DNA of 48,940 nucleotides from Phoronis australis (GCA_002633005.1 NMRA01000114.1:2343-51282); one strand, 5' to 3'; numbered from the stretch's first letter, positions 24,601-36,447 are shown. Notes: generated from the sequence alone by a model not told the origin. Numbers and translations are program-made.

Positions 24601-27600
24601 ATGCCAGCAGATTAGCAGCCAGTAAATAAGGTCGTGTTCTTGGGCTGAAGACAACGAGCCGGTCCTCACAGAATTCTGCTCCTCAATACGGGCTTTTAAC
24701 TGATGACCAGACTCTCCAATACAGGAAGCCTCACAAGAAAAACTATCCAGCTGATAAACAACACTACACTTTGGTTCAGGGTTATGTATATCCTTGGGGA
24801 ACACTAGTGGATCCCGTAGAGTGTTGCCAAAGAGTAAACCTGCGCCCGTATTGTGTTTCATTCTGCAGTCTCTCTGAGATGCCTTGCGATTATGGTAACA
24901 CCGTCTTGCATTTACCTTTCTTGCACTCCTCAGTACTTCCGGTAGGTTTTCAGTCAGTTATCCGCCGCGGTGTCAGTTAGTATACTCAAACGGGGACGTT
25001 TTCTTATTTTAATAAGGCTTTGCTGGTTGAAATTGGGGTTTAACGCATTCGGCTGTTGATGTTGGCATATGTTTTAAATAAATGTAGGCCGCTCCACATC
25101 GCTGAATTAACTCGTTTCAACGGAACACGCGTTTGGATATGGGTGACATCTGTGAGTCACAATTTTACTTAGGCTGACCCTTGTACATGTATAGTAGACC
25201 CCTTACTGTTATAAAATTCTTCAGATTAGAAAACCAGATAATCGATCACTGCTTGTAACCATACCCGACATATAAATGACACGCCGTGGAAAATCGAAAG
25301 TTATCACGTCTCACAGGCCTCCAGCAATAACGTATTGTCACATCTTGTCAAGATCGGGACCCCAGTTTTAATCTTTTTACTCGAAATTATGTTTAGCATT
25401 TTCAACTCTACTTTTGTGCGAACTCAAAGTAATTGTCTTTTATTCTGTACTTGAGTACATAACGACTAAAGTGAATAATATTTTAGTCCCATATTGCAGT
25501 TGATAAACCCAACATTACTCGAGTTTGTAGCACGAATATCAGGGTCATCAAGTGCATACTTGGGCTGGTAACTCATAACTATAATTTATACCACAATATT
25601 AGCTTCGAATAGCAAATACAACCGTGCAATAACCCATTTAGTTATCTCACTAGTGAGATATCATTTTGGCGGGAAACCGAGGCCGATTTCGAACCCGGGC
25701 CTCAAGACTTTGGTGTCGCCGGCTTTACTACTACACCACTCAGCGGCTGACGTCATCGAAAGTGAAAATAGAATACTTAAATGAGCACGCGTAACAATCG
25801 CATGTTCAGCAAAGTGCATTGTACCGTCATTTATACGCTATGAAAATAAGACGCATAATTTCCATAAAAACTATATTTTAATTCAGTGAAATTTTTCTCT
25901 CGCGTTCTCTCATTTGTAAATCACCGATCTCCAATTTGAATGGGGGTATCATGTCGTCGAGATCCTTTGACCTGAGCATTGTACTCAGTTACTAGTGGTA
26001 AACTACTTTAGCACCCGATATTTTCCCGGTCCAAGCTTAGCTTGATAAAATGTATAGTAAGCTATAATAGATGCTAAACCGTAATTTATAGATTCACTTT
26101 ATTATTTCTATTTTGTTTAAATTTTCAATTGGTAAAAGCATTATTTGCCAAAAAACCTCGTCGACTTTTCTTAAAAGGTCACGACCTCCGACCTCGGGCC
26201 TCTGACATAGACAGTAGTTACGATAATTCTCCAAAATCCACTCGGGTTTTAGATAACGGGGGACAACGACTTCGCCATGTAATAATCTATATGTATCCGA
26301 GCACAGTTTGATTACCACCTACTTGAGTTCGCGCAAAAGTAGCAGAGAAATTTCCAAAAATAAATTCGAGATGATTTCCAGTACAAAAATTAAATTTCAG
26401 GCCCCTGAAATCGCTTCTAATCTGAATATTTTAACTATAAGATTAACTATGATTTATTTTTCAAAATGCGCATAAATTTTTCAACAATATGACAAGATGA
26501 ATGGTAGAAAGATAAAAGTTAGGAAGTGGCTATCGTAGATGTACTCAGTGTTGCTGAAAGACATCAATGCTTGAACACACAGCCTCTAGTTTACTAGCTT
26601 GTCACTTACGCAAACACTCCTAATTCCGCTGAAAGGCTGTGAGAAATCGGATCACCCTTGGTATTACAGGAAATGTTGACGTAGCCGTCTTCAGGACTGT
26701 CAAAGCCCAGTAGTAGCTGTAGTCTTACTTGGAAGCTCACCTCACCGTTTGTCTGTAAGGAAATAATGTATAGTATTGACGTAGCTTGCACCTCGCTATA
26801 CATGTATTTACGGCACCGCCAGTAACTTATGTGAACGGAACACCTGCCCGGGGGCTTCTCTTATCATCCGCAGCGCCTGCTCGTTATCCATATTTGTTGT
26901 AAAGGCTAGTCGTAATTTAGTCTTATAAGCTAATTTTCACAAGAAATCCTGCTCACTAGAGAGACACATCTAAAGGCCAAATGCCAAATACGCGGCGACA
27001 AACGAACTTGATTGAAAAACATAGGGACAATTAACTTTCCAGACATTTAAATAATAGATTACAAAAAAATTACAATATCTGCCATGGGTGTGCCAAGATA
27101 ATAGTTTCATTGTAAGAGAGCCCGGTATGCACTGAGCACAGTATTAGTTTCAACGTCATAATTAAAACCATCGTTGTATTTCCTTAAATGCTGTCCTTTA
27201 TTCTCATTATCCCACTTACATTTGCCGTAATGTTGCATTTGGGAAGATTAGTAATGTCAAGGACGAAACTTCCACTTCCGTCGTCAGATGTAGAACAGCT
27301 TGAGTCGCCAGGAAATCCCTTGATGAAGGCTTGCTGATACGTCATTCCGTTTGACATACGTGCAGGAAACGTCACTCGCACTCCGTTGTTCCCACAAATA
27401 TATTCACCTAAATAGGAGCGAATACGTTAGAGCAGGAAGGAGGCCCCATGTGAAAAATTAAACACAATCTCAGATCATACGCGCAACATATTTGTTCAAG
27501 ATCATTAAACAATTGAACAGAATACTTTAAACGCTATTCAAGTACATTCAAGTCACAAGACATGATCATTTCATGAAGGCAACCCAGACTATGTCGGCAC

Positions 27601-30600
27601 GTACCTTGAGTGTCGTTTCGTACGCCAGGGCTGCCTGTGGATGCAACTGAAACTTATCGAAAACACATTACAAAAGTTTCCAAAATGGTCGTCGAATAAA
27701 TCTGGATCCCGACCATTGGGAGCTAGCGATGGTTTGCCATTATATGAATCCTAAAGCTTGTTTTTCAAGTCGCAAATGGTTATAGGAAAACAATCCTGCG
27801 TTTATACCCTCACCGGTCAAGATTGGGCAACTAGACCCGTTTGGGTACCGCGAAATCTGCCGCAGTAACCAAGGACACAATTCACTTGTAACCAATTACA
27901 TCGCACCTACAAGTCACAGGCTTCTGATGTTATAGTTTCCTAGATAATCAGACCCACCATAAATACACTGGGGAGACAAAAATAATTTTAAATGTTCCTT
28001 TTAAAGTTTTTAAACGGCATTGAATAGTTCGTGAAAAGTTTTATATTTGAATTTTGGAAGTTTGAAAATCGGAGACGAAATGTGGCTATGTTTTCATACA
28101 ATGCCTCTCATTATTCGGCTGTTTGTGCAACATTCTTTTCAAACCAGCACCCTGAGAAGCTCAATTGTTAGGTAAGCCAAATGCCATCCTACAATTCTTG
28201 GCATGCATGCATCTCATCTTCGTTACTTGCTTTCACTGGGATGCAATGGGACAACATCAACCGAAAAACACGAACCGGAAATGTCAACAATCGTGTAAAT
28301 AGATCCAAGTCATGTCCTTACTGTTGTATCTTGCCATTTTCCGAATTCAGCCCAGATATGTAAAGAGTCCAAGGTTTCAAAAAGGACACGAGATACGTAA
28401 ATATTTCAACTAACTGTGAAAGATCGGGTTTACTTTGCTGTCCCTGTACGCGTACATCGAATAATTAAAACGGTAATCGAGAAACTGGAATGCCATATCA
28501 GGATTAAATCTTTCTATGTGATGTTTCACCCCATGCGATTGGCGCCCGGTTAACAGGACAACAAATATGAGTGTGTAATAATTAAGGGTACCTGCACAAC
28601 TCTGCTTTTTGCATTGCCGTGTCATCACTGAGGCACCTGAACAGTTCTGGAACTCATTCACACTCAGAGAATTTTTACACGACCGTGTTCTTGATTGAAT
28701 TCCTCCTCCGCAACTTTTACTGCAGTAACCCCATTCCGTCCACGTGGACAAACTAGCACCTGCCGACAATAAAAAAAAACGTCAGACATTTTCATTTCCA
28801 GCCTGTTTCATTCTGTATGTAACGTGAAATCAAAGACGTTTTCAAATCAACATTGGAATAGGTGTGTGATGAAAATAACATAGTTGTAAATGGGGGCTCT
28901 TCACGACATGCACGCAGCATAGGCTTTCAGGTTTAATGATTTTGTGACCAGTAGAAATTCGTCGAGTGACACAACAGATAACCCTAACCCTAACATTAAC
29001 CATTGAATTTTATTGATGAACTTAAAACAATTCCTTGAGGGGGGGCAGACAAACGGGATTTAGGGGAGCAAGTGTTGCAGGTGCTCCACTAAAGAAGCAA
29101 CATAATGCTGACAAGATTACGTCACCTGCGTATGTAACAGAGTACACCTCGATGTCTGACCATTTGACACTTCTCCCACAACCCAATGATCCCCCGCTGT
29201 ATGTGTGATCTCTTTCAGAGCAGTAACCATTGGTGGCAAAGTACTTAGATGTTGCGGTGTAGTTGGAGGATCCGTTGAAGAACATCAGGTCATGGCCACC
29301 ACCAAACGTCGGTCCGTATTTCCAATAGTGATAAAGTGCATGCCTGCTGTTTGATGACGTCTGGTTAAATCGTTTACTGCTGCATTCCGATGCACATAAG
29401 CGAAACAAAAAAGCACTGCTGTCTTGTCCATAGCTTTCACCATCCCCCCAAGACTCAAATGCGTAACCCCCATAGACGGTGCCGTTCGTAGCTTCGCGAC
29501 CAATGGTGAGAGTGGGACCTTTATTGTTACATAGTTGGTGGAAAACTGAGCTCACCATACCATCACCGGTCGCACGGTAAAGCAATTTGAACGCACTATT
29601 CGGTAAGTACTGGCGGATTTGAGACACCTGCTTATCGGACAACAGTTTTGAACTCTCGATGGACTCTGAAATACAATGTAAACGTGAAAAGGATAGTCCA
29701 ATATATATGTATAAAAGTACGACAATGTGCATTTTATTAAACACAACAACGAGCATTATGTGACTAGGAAAAAGCAGAGGAAATAAATGTTGGATTTTGA
29801 CGAACTGAGACAAGTATGAAACTAAAGACTTGCATGAATTTTGAGATTGCCTTGAGACCGTTGCAATAACGTGAATTCACGTTCGTCGCATTTTGTAGGA
29901 TCGTTATCTTGGAGTAAACACATTTGACTAGAGCCATAAAAGTGCACAATCTATTGAACTGTCGTGATTTCATCGCAAAATCACCGATTCCTTATAAAGG
30001 CTTCAGGGAGGGGGCACAACCATTTGGACTTCTTCAATCTACACCCCTTCCATCGCCACCACCTCCGCCGACCACTCCCTGCACCGTCCACCCTAGGTGG
30101 GGGCAATCCCGAGGGGTGCAGCCATCAACAGTTGAGTAACCATGAAGCAACAGAGTTTCACGGAGAGTAAGAATGGGCCTAGGACCAGTGCACTGACAGG
30201 TAGCTGGGAGATGCCTCAAGTAACTGTAGCTAAGATCTAACATTGTGGAAATACGAAACTCCCGTTGAACTTGAGGTAGTTGTTGGTCAGCTCAGCTGTG
30301 ATTCACTTGAGAAAGGCAGCTCAGTTCGTACCTATCCGTCTGCGCTCGCTATCAGTCAAGATTCGTTTCACTGTGATCCAGTTTCGGGAAAACTTTATTT
30401 TATTATGGTTATTCTTTGAAGGAGATATTTGAAAGGGTGAGGTCCCAGGGTCCCTGGTAAAATGCCTTTGGGGTTATTTCAAAATCTCTCGTTGAAACAC
30501 GACTGGTAGTCCAGTTTCTGGTGCCTGGGAAAAATTATACAGAGTAGGCCTCAAAAATGTACACACGTCAACGCCTGGAGTTGAGTTCCCGTGGATCTCG

Positions 30601-33600
30601 GAGATTCTTCGCGCGCGTACTGCATGCTTACATCATAGTTGTCGTGGGTTAGTCAGTCATGACGTTCTTTATCTGCGTAGTACATGTATGCACGGGAATC
30701 GGAGCAAGCAAACAATTCGGTTTTGAGGAACAAAAATTCGTTACACCACTCTACTGGAAACCAAAAAAAAAACAGTAAAGAAGTGCAAAGAAAACCTTTC
30801 CAATGCGTTAAATTTCATTAATTTAAGGATTTAAACTTCTTTTTGATCAACGGTTTGTGAATTTAAACCATTAATCTAAGTCGACAAGAAATTTATTGTC
30901 ACTTGAATTTCGAGAACATTTTGGTACAGTTTTTAGAGCTGTCCAACATTAATCAATGTCCTTGAGTCTAATTTCAGATTATACAAAATAGCTTAGTGTA
31001 CTTTGCTATTTGGGAATCTGATGATAGATTGAATTTTCCCAGCCTGCAAATAAGTTCATTGAAGCATCGCCATTTCTTAAAAGAATCGCTTCTAATTGTC
31101 AAAAAATCATCTAAAATCAGTCGATTTTCGTAGATACATAAACAGGAAAATCAGAAACCAATGATGTTGTTTATCAAAACAGCATTTTTTCAGGCAGGCT
31201 CACAGACTTTTGATCGGTAAACCTGGGAGATGAGCCATTCGTATTAAGGTGTATCTTTTCTCATTTCAGAGGTACCTATAACTCTTCACAAGCTAAACTT
31301 GAATTCGGCTGACAACAAAAAGGTGAAATCTTTGTTTATGATTGCGAGAGTTCTTTGAGTACCACTTTCGGCTTGTACACGGTCATCACAAATAGTAGCC
31401 TAGACAGCAGTGTTTTACACAAGTGGGAATTCCTTACAAACAACTCATAATGACCATCCACAAAACGGATACTATTCTTGTGTTACTATGGGAAACAGTA
31501 ACATTATTCTGTAACAAACCATCTTAAGTATTCCTTTTGTGTAATTCACAAATGGTGGTCTTCACGTTTTTCAAAATTCCACTCGTTCGATATGGCTGTC
31601 AATCCTATTGTATTTTTTCACATTTTAGGTTGTTTTGATACTGCTGTGATGTGCACGAATATTTTTTATGAATTTGTAATATCAACTTCCTTCGTGAATA
31701 CTTGGTAGTATTGGATTGACGTGTATAGAGGGACAAAGAGACATTTCTCTCGAACTGCACCACCGAGAGAGGGTACCGTCTGAAAAGGGACACCTTAAGA
31801 CGAAAGGCATAACATCATTAAGCTTGGAAAATGAAAATTCATTCTGACGTCGTGCAGTCACAAGACGGCACAGGAAAATAGAGGTAATCGATTCCAACAT
31901 TGGGCCCTCTCTTTGTGAGCGGCCCCTTAAGCATTTGTCAATAAAAACATAAAAGGGGGCCACTTGAATGTCATCAATGGACTCCTTCCAGGGCGGGGCT
32001 CCTAAATATTAAAATCCATGTATTTACGAAATCCGCAGCAATTGATGTTATCTGTCGGGTCACCTTTTTTTCTCAAGTGACGTACAATTCCGAGAAAAAA
32101 AATAAAGCAACTGGTGTCTCCATTATCCTTTGCCGGAGAGGGTCTTCCCAAAAATACGGTTTTGCATTCGCAAATAAATACACTCCGCAAAAGCGTCGAT
32201 TAACAAATTTTCTCGTGCACGTTCTCAAGTGCGTTTAACGACCTGTGCTGCAAAAATGGAGACTCTAACGACAATGTCCTGGCCACGGTCATCAAAAGGT
32301 AAACCATGCACTGATATAGAGCTGTTAAATGATCTCTTCAATTTTCTCTCTTACGGTATTTAGCAGCCTTTCTTTTCTGGCTGTCCCCGTCCCCATTCTT
32401 GTGCCGTTTGCCACGCTCTAATCCTGACGCCTGAAAACGCTTCTCCGCTTCCTGCGGCCCTGGGTTTACAGATAAAATTACACAAAACCAAAGTGGCGAC
32501 CAGCTAACCAGATGTTTCGTTGCTGGACGACGTGACGGAAATGGTTAAGTCGTCGATGTCTGGTATTGACTAAGAAGTCCAAACGATAGGTAATTGCATG
32601 GATGTACATTGTATGTGAGGCGAACCACATTCCAGTAGAAATCTCACTTGAATAATCGTTTGGGCAAAATTGAACTCTGGACTGTTGGTCGCCACAAGCT
32701 AGCACTTCATTCGAGCTTACTCTGCTCCATGCACGTTAGTTGCCGGCTTTGCAACCCTCTCGTTTTTAGAAAAGTATGGCATGTCCATAATTATGGGGAT
32801 TCGAGCATCCCCAGAAATCCGCTTGCGTTCTAAATCCCCATTGAACAAAATTCAGCAACTTTTCAATCATAACCTATTGTATAAACGTTTTGGGGTTAAC
32901 TATTATCAAACTACTGAGTTGCAAGATATCGTTTCTGAACCCTAACATTACTGGCAAAGTTAGTTATAAGGTATAACGTGGAATATGAAAGTCGCGTTTC
33001 TCAACAGAGACGGAATCAAAGCAACGCAAATAAACAGAACTTTTGTTTTACGAAAATGCTCGGAGCAACTGCTGACGTGTTATCTGAGAAAAATAGCACA
33101 AATGCGTTCACATAAGCTCGAATTCTTGAAGCTCCATTGTCACCGGCTATGTCTTACCCTCCACGCCATACACCTCAACATCCGTCCATTTGACACTTCT
33201 CCCACAACCCAATGACCCCCCGTCGTACGTGTCATCGCTCCTGGAGCAGTTACCATTGGTAGCAAAGTACTTAGATGCTGTGTTGTAGGCATACGGTCCA
33301 TTGAAGAACATCAAGTCGTTACCACGACCAAATGTGGGTCCGTAGAGTGCATGATCGTAAACAGCAAACTGGTGTTTATCTGATATCTGGTTAAATCTCC
33401 TACTGGTACACTCCGGGCCACAGAGACGTAGAAGGAAGGCGTTGCTGTCGGAAGCATACCCATTGGATTGCCTCCAAGATCTAGATGCATATCCGACATA
33501 GACCGTGCCTTTGGTAGCCTCGCGTCCTACGGTGAGTGTGGGACCTTGCCTGTCACAAATGAAATGAAAGGCGGTGCTTGACATTCCGTCGATTGTGGCG

Positions 33601-35996
33601 CGGTAGAGTAACTTCATCTTCCTGCCTGGTATGTATTGCCTTAGCTGTGTCAGTTGTTGGGAAGATAAAAGGTTCGAGTCTTCTATGTACTCTGAAATCG
33701 TTAAAGCGATGAAAAAATCATTACCATAACAACCATGATCTCATAGGCTGGGAATCAATGTTACAAGTACACTGTAATTGCCATCCTTTATAGGATGCAG
33801 TTTGGCCTAGTGGAGTAATTATCCTCCTTCTTTACTCAAGACTTAAGTTCAGGTTCCACCGTAGCACCCTGCTAGACCCTTGAGACAGGTATCTACCTCT
33901 TATCATCTCGGTTTTAACTACATATGACTGAAACATAAAAATGGTTCCAGGTGATTTGTCAAATGAGCCCACCTGATCAGCTTCTGATTATTTGTATAAA
34001 TAGCGATCCTTAGATGTACAAACTAATCTCTGTCACTGAACGGAAGTGAATTTTCTCTTATCTTGGAACACGGTATTTGCTTGGTACTTTACTCGGGCAA
34101 AACAAAAACAACCAGTATAATGATTTCAAAATTCAAAATCTACACTACACCGCAAGCCCGTATTATCATGAGTGGAAGTACGATCACGCCGCTCACAGTT
34201 AAACAATTAAATCACGAAGAAAACAAGTTCCCGGTAAGGGCATGAGAAACTTACAGGCAATGGACTTAAAAGACACAGGTGAAACTGCAATCGTGAATCG
34301 TGAATGAAAACAATTAATATGGCTTCTTGGTGTGTCGGTTTATAGTTTCGGACAAGATGTGGCTTAAATTGTAATACTTAGTTGTTTCCATGCTATCATA
34401 GCCATCTCCTTAAATATATAATTTAAATTACGTTTATTTGGAAAATGATATTTGTTTTTCACTTTTTGGTCAGAAGAGGATGGACTTCATGCACGATTTA
34501 AGCCACAAATGCCAAAACCCGGCATGTTTTGAACACAATTTGAGGTTTAATTTTTCGCCTGAAGCAGTGGGCAGTTACCGTCACTATGTGAAATTTACCT
34601 TCAATGCTGTATGTTTCCATGTCGACCCACGTAACGTTTGATCCACAGCCAACTGAACCCCCATCATACGTGTTGTCAGTCGCAGAGCAATAGCCATTTG
34701 TAGCAAAGTATTTCGATAATGTGTTGTAGTTGTATGATCCAGAAAAAAACATCAGGTCGTGGCCGCCACCAAACGTGGCTCCATAGTTTGAATGATCGTA
34801 GACAGCATACGCACTTCGAGTTGACATAAGATTAAACTTTGCACTGGTGCACCCTGACCCACACAAGCGGAACAGGAAAGCTCTAGTGTCAACAGTTAAG
34901 CCATTGCTATTTTTGTTCCAAGACCTGGACGTATACCCGCCGAAGACTGTGCCGGTGGTCGCGTCCCTAGCAATAGTTATCGTGGCGCCAAGATTGTCGG
35001 CACTCCAATGAAAAGCTGGTCCCGACATGCCGTCTCGCGTTGCACGGTACACCAACTTCAAACTTTTGCCTGGTACACGCATGTACTTTCGCAACTGTGT
35101 GAGATGTCTAAGTGTCAAGAGTTTAGAGTCTTCTATAAATTCTGAAAAGAGATAATGGTTGACATTAATTTGGCATAACTTATACAACTACGACTTTGTT
35201 GAGAATGTGGTCACCATCTCACAAAAGAAACGTCCAACAGCTAGAACGATGAAAGATGGAGAACAAACACAATAACAATTAACACACATTCAAACACAAC
35301 GTCAGGTCCTCCTTAAAAGGTAGACAAAATTTTTACGTGAGCCATACCACAAAACGAAATCAATACAAACATGACACGACTAATGACAACAACATCAAAC
35401 ATAGAAAATGTGTAATGTGCCCTAAAGGCTAACGAAATTTTAATTTCAGTCTACAGTCTTACCTACGAGGCTGTACACTTCTATATCCACCCATTTGGCA
35501 AGAAATCCACAACCAAGTGACCCTCCGATGTAGCTCCGGCCATAGCAGTACCCACCGGAGGAAAACTGCTTAAGTGTACTGTTGTAATAACTATAGCCGG
35601 AGAAGAAAAACAAGTCAAAGCCGCTACCAAATGCTGGACCATAGCTTGCGCTATCAAGAACGGCGTAATTTTGGAACGATGATGACTGCGATTGTTTTGC
35701 ATTGGTGCATTCAGAGCCACATAGGCGGAATATGAAGGCGTTTTTATCGGCCATAAAGTCGTTAAGTCCTCTCCAAACTGTAGCTCTGTATCCGCCGTAC
35801 ACGGTGCCTTTTGTAGCCTCGCGTCCTATGGTGATGGTAGACCCTTGCTTGTCACAAAGGCTGTGAAACTTGGAGGCCGCCATGCCATCACGTGTGGCTC
35901 GGTAAAGCAATCGATATGTCTTCTCTGGAACACTCATGTACTGTCGTAGTTGGGATAAATGTTGAGTTGTCAACAACAGCGAGTCCTCGATGAACT
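21490..35996 (-). CDS. Multi-exon gene: 4x TLDc + TSP1 + ZP domain + furin site + TM (type I membrane/ZP matrix protein), 5' incomplete
   Basis: Exons 35463-35996, 34599-35141, 33158-33691, 29126-29665, 28592-28759, 27605-27646, 27220-27407, 26610-26752, 23681-23823, 23226-23301, 22807-22966, 22580-22682, 21490-21674. All have AG/GT boundaries and compatible phases and give one open frame of ~1119 aa ending in TGA. Confidence 0.88.
22580..22682 (-). CDS. Exon with last ZP Cys, consensus furin cleavage site and EHP-like strand
   Basis: tttcag|TNGNTCSTVRRKRRSADGEYVREVLEMELQVSNE G|gtaaat; phase 0-1. Confidence 0.88.
22807..22966 (-). CDS. ZP-C exon
   Basis: ttttcag|(G)CKSNTITQVGPSFPTTDPSSKAMCVDMTTFRFYGQTSAIYEVTVEFSRETKNQ|gtaata; ZP-typical FRF motif; phase 2-0. 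Confidence 0.85.
23226..23301 (-). CDS. ZP-C exon
   Basis: tttcag|(P)YKGAIVVDVVTIDASGKKFYIIKE GG|gtaagt; completes the ZP-C YIIKEGC motif; phase 1-2. Confidence 0.85.
23681..23823 (-). CDS. ZP interdomain linker / start of ZP-C exon
   Basis: ggttacag|(A)KWRDLNAERAAPPSSSLHAYIGGQPISLATLGVRFQLCAEPKFSDDN C|gtatgt; phase 2-1. Confidence 0.8.
24500..24960 (-). mobile_element. Penelope-like element fragment (GIY-YIG endonuclease), intronic, degenerate
   Basis: NTLRDPLVFPKD..KCSVVYQLDSFSCEASCIGESGHQLKARIEEQNSVRTGSLSSAQEH matches the PLE consensus VVY.I.C..C...YIGET.R.L..R..EH. Upstream LP*SQGISERL. Confidence 0.8.
25670..25750 (-). repeat. tRNA-like/SINE head with Pol III A and B boxes (not a functional tRNA call)
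   Basis: Minus strand TGGTGTAGTAGTAAAG...CCCGGGTTCGAAATCGG. I could not fold a convincing cloverleaf. Confidence 0.4.
26610..26752 (-). CDS. ZP-N exon 2
   Basis: ccttacag|TNGEVSFQVRLQLLLGFDSPEDGYVNISCNTKGDPISHSLSAELGVF GC|gtaagt; contains ZP-N Cys4; phase 0-2. Confidence 0.85.
27220..27407 (-). CDS. ZP-N exon 1
   Basis: tatttag|(G)EYICGNNGVRVTFPARMSNGMTYQQAFIKGFPGDSSCSTSDDGSGSFVLDITNLPKCNITAN|gtaagt; ZP-N Cys1-3; phase 1-0. Confidence 0.85.
27605..27646 (-). CDS. 42-nt linker mini-exon
   Basis: gtttcag|(V)ASTGSPGVRNDTQ G|gtacgt; phase 1-1 and open. Skippable without frameshift, so inclusion is not proven. Confidence 0.6.
28592..28759 (-). CDS. Thrombospondin type-1 repeat exon
   Basis: STWTEWGYCSKSCGGGIQSRTRSC..NCSG..RQCKKQSC; WxxW, CSxSCG and RxR motifs, six Cys; phase 1-1. 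Confidence 0.93.
29126..29665 (-). CDS. TLDc domain exon 4
   Basis: KLLYRATGDG..FHQLCNNKGPTLTI..VYGGY..W..D..AFLF..YGPTFGGGHDL..IEVY; tttcag| and G|gtgacg; 540 nt; phase 1-1. Confidence 0.92.
33158..33691 (-). CDS. TLDc domain exon 3
   Basis: KLLYRATIDG..FHFICDRQGPTLTV..YGPTFGRGNDL..VEVY; tttcag| and G|gtaaga; 534 nt; phase 1-1. Confidence 0.92.
33793..34030 (+). mobile_element. Degenerate tRNA-derived SINE-like sequence (intronic)
   Basis: TGGCCTAGTGG A-box, AGTTCAGGTTCC B-box-like motif, then a CCCTTGAGACAGGTATCTACC core-like segment. Confidence 0.4.
34599..35141 (-). CDS. TLDc domain exon 2
   Basis: KLVYRATRDG..FHWSADNLGATITI..VFGGYTSRSW..YGATFGGGHDL..METY; ttttcag| and G|gtaaat; 543 nt; phase 1-1. 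Confidence 0.92.
35463..35996 (-). CDS. TLDc domain exon 1
   Basis: RLLYRATRDG..FHSLCDKQGSTITI..VYGGY..YGPAFGSGFDL..IEVY; ttctag| and G|gtaaga; 534 nt; phase 1-1. Confidence 0.92.
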
Positions 35997-36447
35997 CTAG
36001 AAGACGTGTAGAACAAGAAACTGTCAGTGTTTTAGACGTTCACAGAGACGTGGACACTATATATTTTACACCATTTTATTTGTAAACAAATAATTATCTA
36101 CAACGACTGGCTAAATTCTCTTACTACACATCAGCCTTCAGCTGCCGCGTTGGATTCAAATAAAATTATATTGGTAAATTGTGCTGTAAAGCTTACCAGC
36201 TAATACCGTTCTGATATGAATGTGACCCTTATCGATGCCATATAAGCAAACCAGTTTTACCGTATATTTTATTTGCTAATATAATAAGACATTTTCCGTT
36301 ATAACAGTGACGCGATTTCAAAACTTAATTTTGTAATTTTATATGTCTAGAAACTAGTGCACGAACTGCAAGGACTATAAAGTACGTTGTCCTTGTTAAC
36401 TAAGTGACTAATGTGACCAAAGGGCTGGGTGTTCAAGTAACACTGGA

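Noticed and set aside
26094-26318. 74-aa minus-strand ORF as an extra ZP exon
   Set aside because: Not needed: the phase-2 donor at 26610 joins 23823 directly. It has no ZP-like sequence and a poor acceptor, and looks like repeat DNA.
28981-28995. AACCCTAACCCTAAC telomeric repeat
   Set aside because: Only 2.5 units inside an intron.
30000-30370. GC-rich stretch with LTNNYLKFNGSF resembling Penelope RT
   Set aside because: Single short motif with no flanking RT motifs recognisable; left unassigned.
29022-35976. Four stand-alone TLDc genes, as the ORF track suggests
   Set aside because: Each is bounded by AG/GT at equivalent positions in phase 1, lacks its own conserved start and stop, and homology ends at the splice sites.
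36197-36275. Strong phase-1 donor CTG|gtaagc as end of the signal-peptide exon
   Set aside because: The in-phase frame has no ATG after the upstream TAG and is not signal-like (QIKYTVKLVCLYGIDKGHIHIRTVLA). It cannot be excluded as an internal exon.
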